DNA of 64,000 nt from an uncultured virus (IMG/VR IMGVR_UViG_3300020054_001201) (taxonomy: Duplodnaviria > Heunggongvirae > Uroviricota > Caudoviricetes). Below are positions 63,966 through 64,000 of this stretch, in pieces (positions within the stretch are counted from its first letter, which is position 1; every line of letters starts with the position of its first letter). Made by a program: the position numbers and the translations under genes. The notes beneath the pieces were generated by a model. That model did no database searches. It had not been told where the DNA came from and was given only the letters and a program-made list of their open reading frames with translations. The stretch lies in IMG/VR virus record IMGVR_UViG_3300020054_001201. One strand, written 5' to 3'.

Positions 63966-64000
63966 ATGAAGTCTATGACTTCATGAAGAAGCCGACGCCC

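Noticed and set aside
1..64000. Cellular chromosome or prophage with integrase
   Set aside because: No housekeeping genes, integrase or att sites were seen; the whole window has viral organisation.

Overview
A 64-kb segment of a large tailed (HK97-fold, probably siphovirus-type) archaeal virus. Archaeal features include an RFC clamp loader, GGAGG/GAGGTGA ribosome-binding sites and TATA-box promoters. The gene content is most consistent with a marine Poseidoniales (MG-II) virus of the 'magrovirus' type; this is inferred, not searched. There are two divergent arms. The left arm (1-23.3 kb, minus strand) holds early/replication genes: RFC, a catalytically degenerate ATP-dependent ligase, a degenerate LAGLIDADG protein, a SNF2/HARP-like helicase, an SF2 helicase, two pyrimidine-dimer-glycosylase-like paralogs, a DUF932-like protein and about 30 small translationally coupled ORFs. 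A TTCGCG-rich non-coding switch lies at 23.4-23.8 kb. The right arm (23.8-64 kb, plus strand) holds a 2346-aa giant protein, a membrane-protein operon built around an Arf-like small GTPase, TerL, a LAGLIDADG fusion, a zinc-finger portal, a 1947-aa protein with a second dead ligase domain, prohead protease-scaffold, major capsid protein, neck/tail genes and a tail chaperone with a -1 slippery site. The most notable candidates for undescribed biology are (1) the Arf-like GTPase plus membrane-protein operon, a possible egress/lysis module, (2) a shared (N)PMxxAWxxLK / hydrophobic-hydrophobic-K motif across many unrelated late proteins, a possible capsid-targeting and maturation signal, (3) two independently inactivated ligases, (4) a recurring DDLVDD acidic motif, and (5) apparent near-total avoidance of several 4-bp palindromes. 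All product calls come from motif recognition by eye; no database searches were run.
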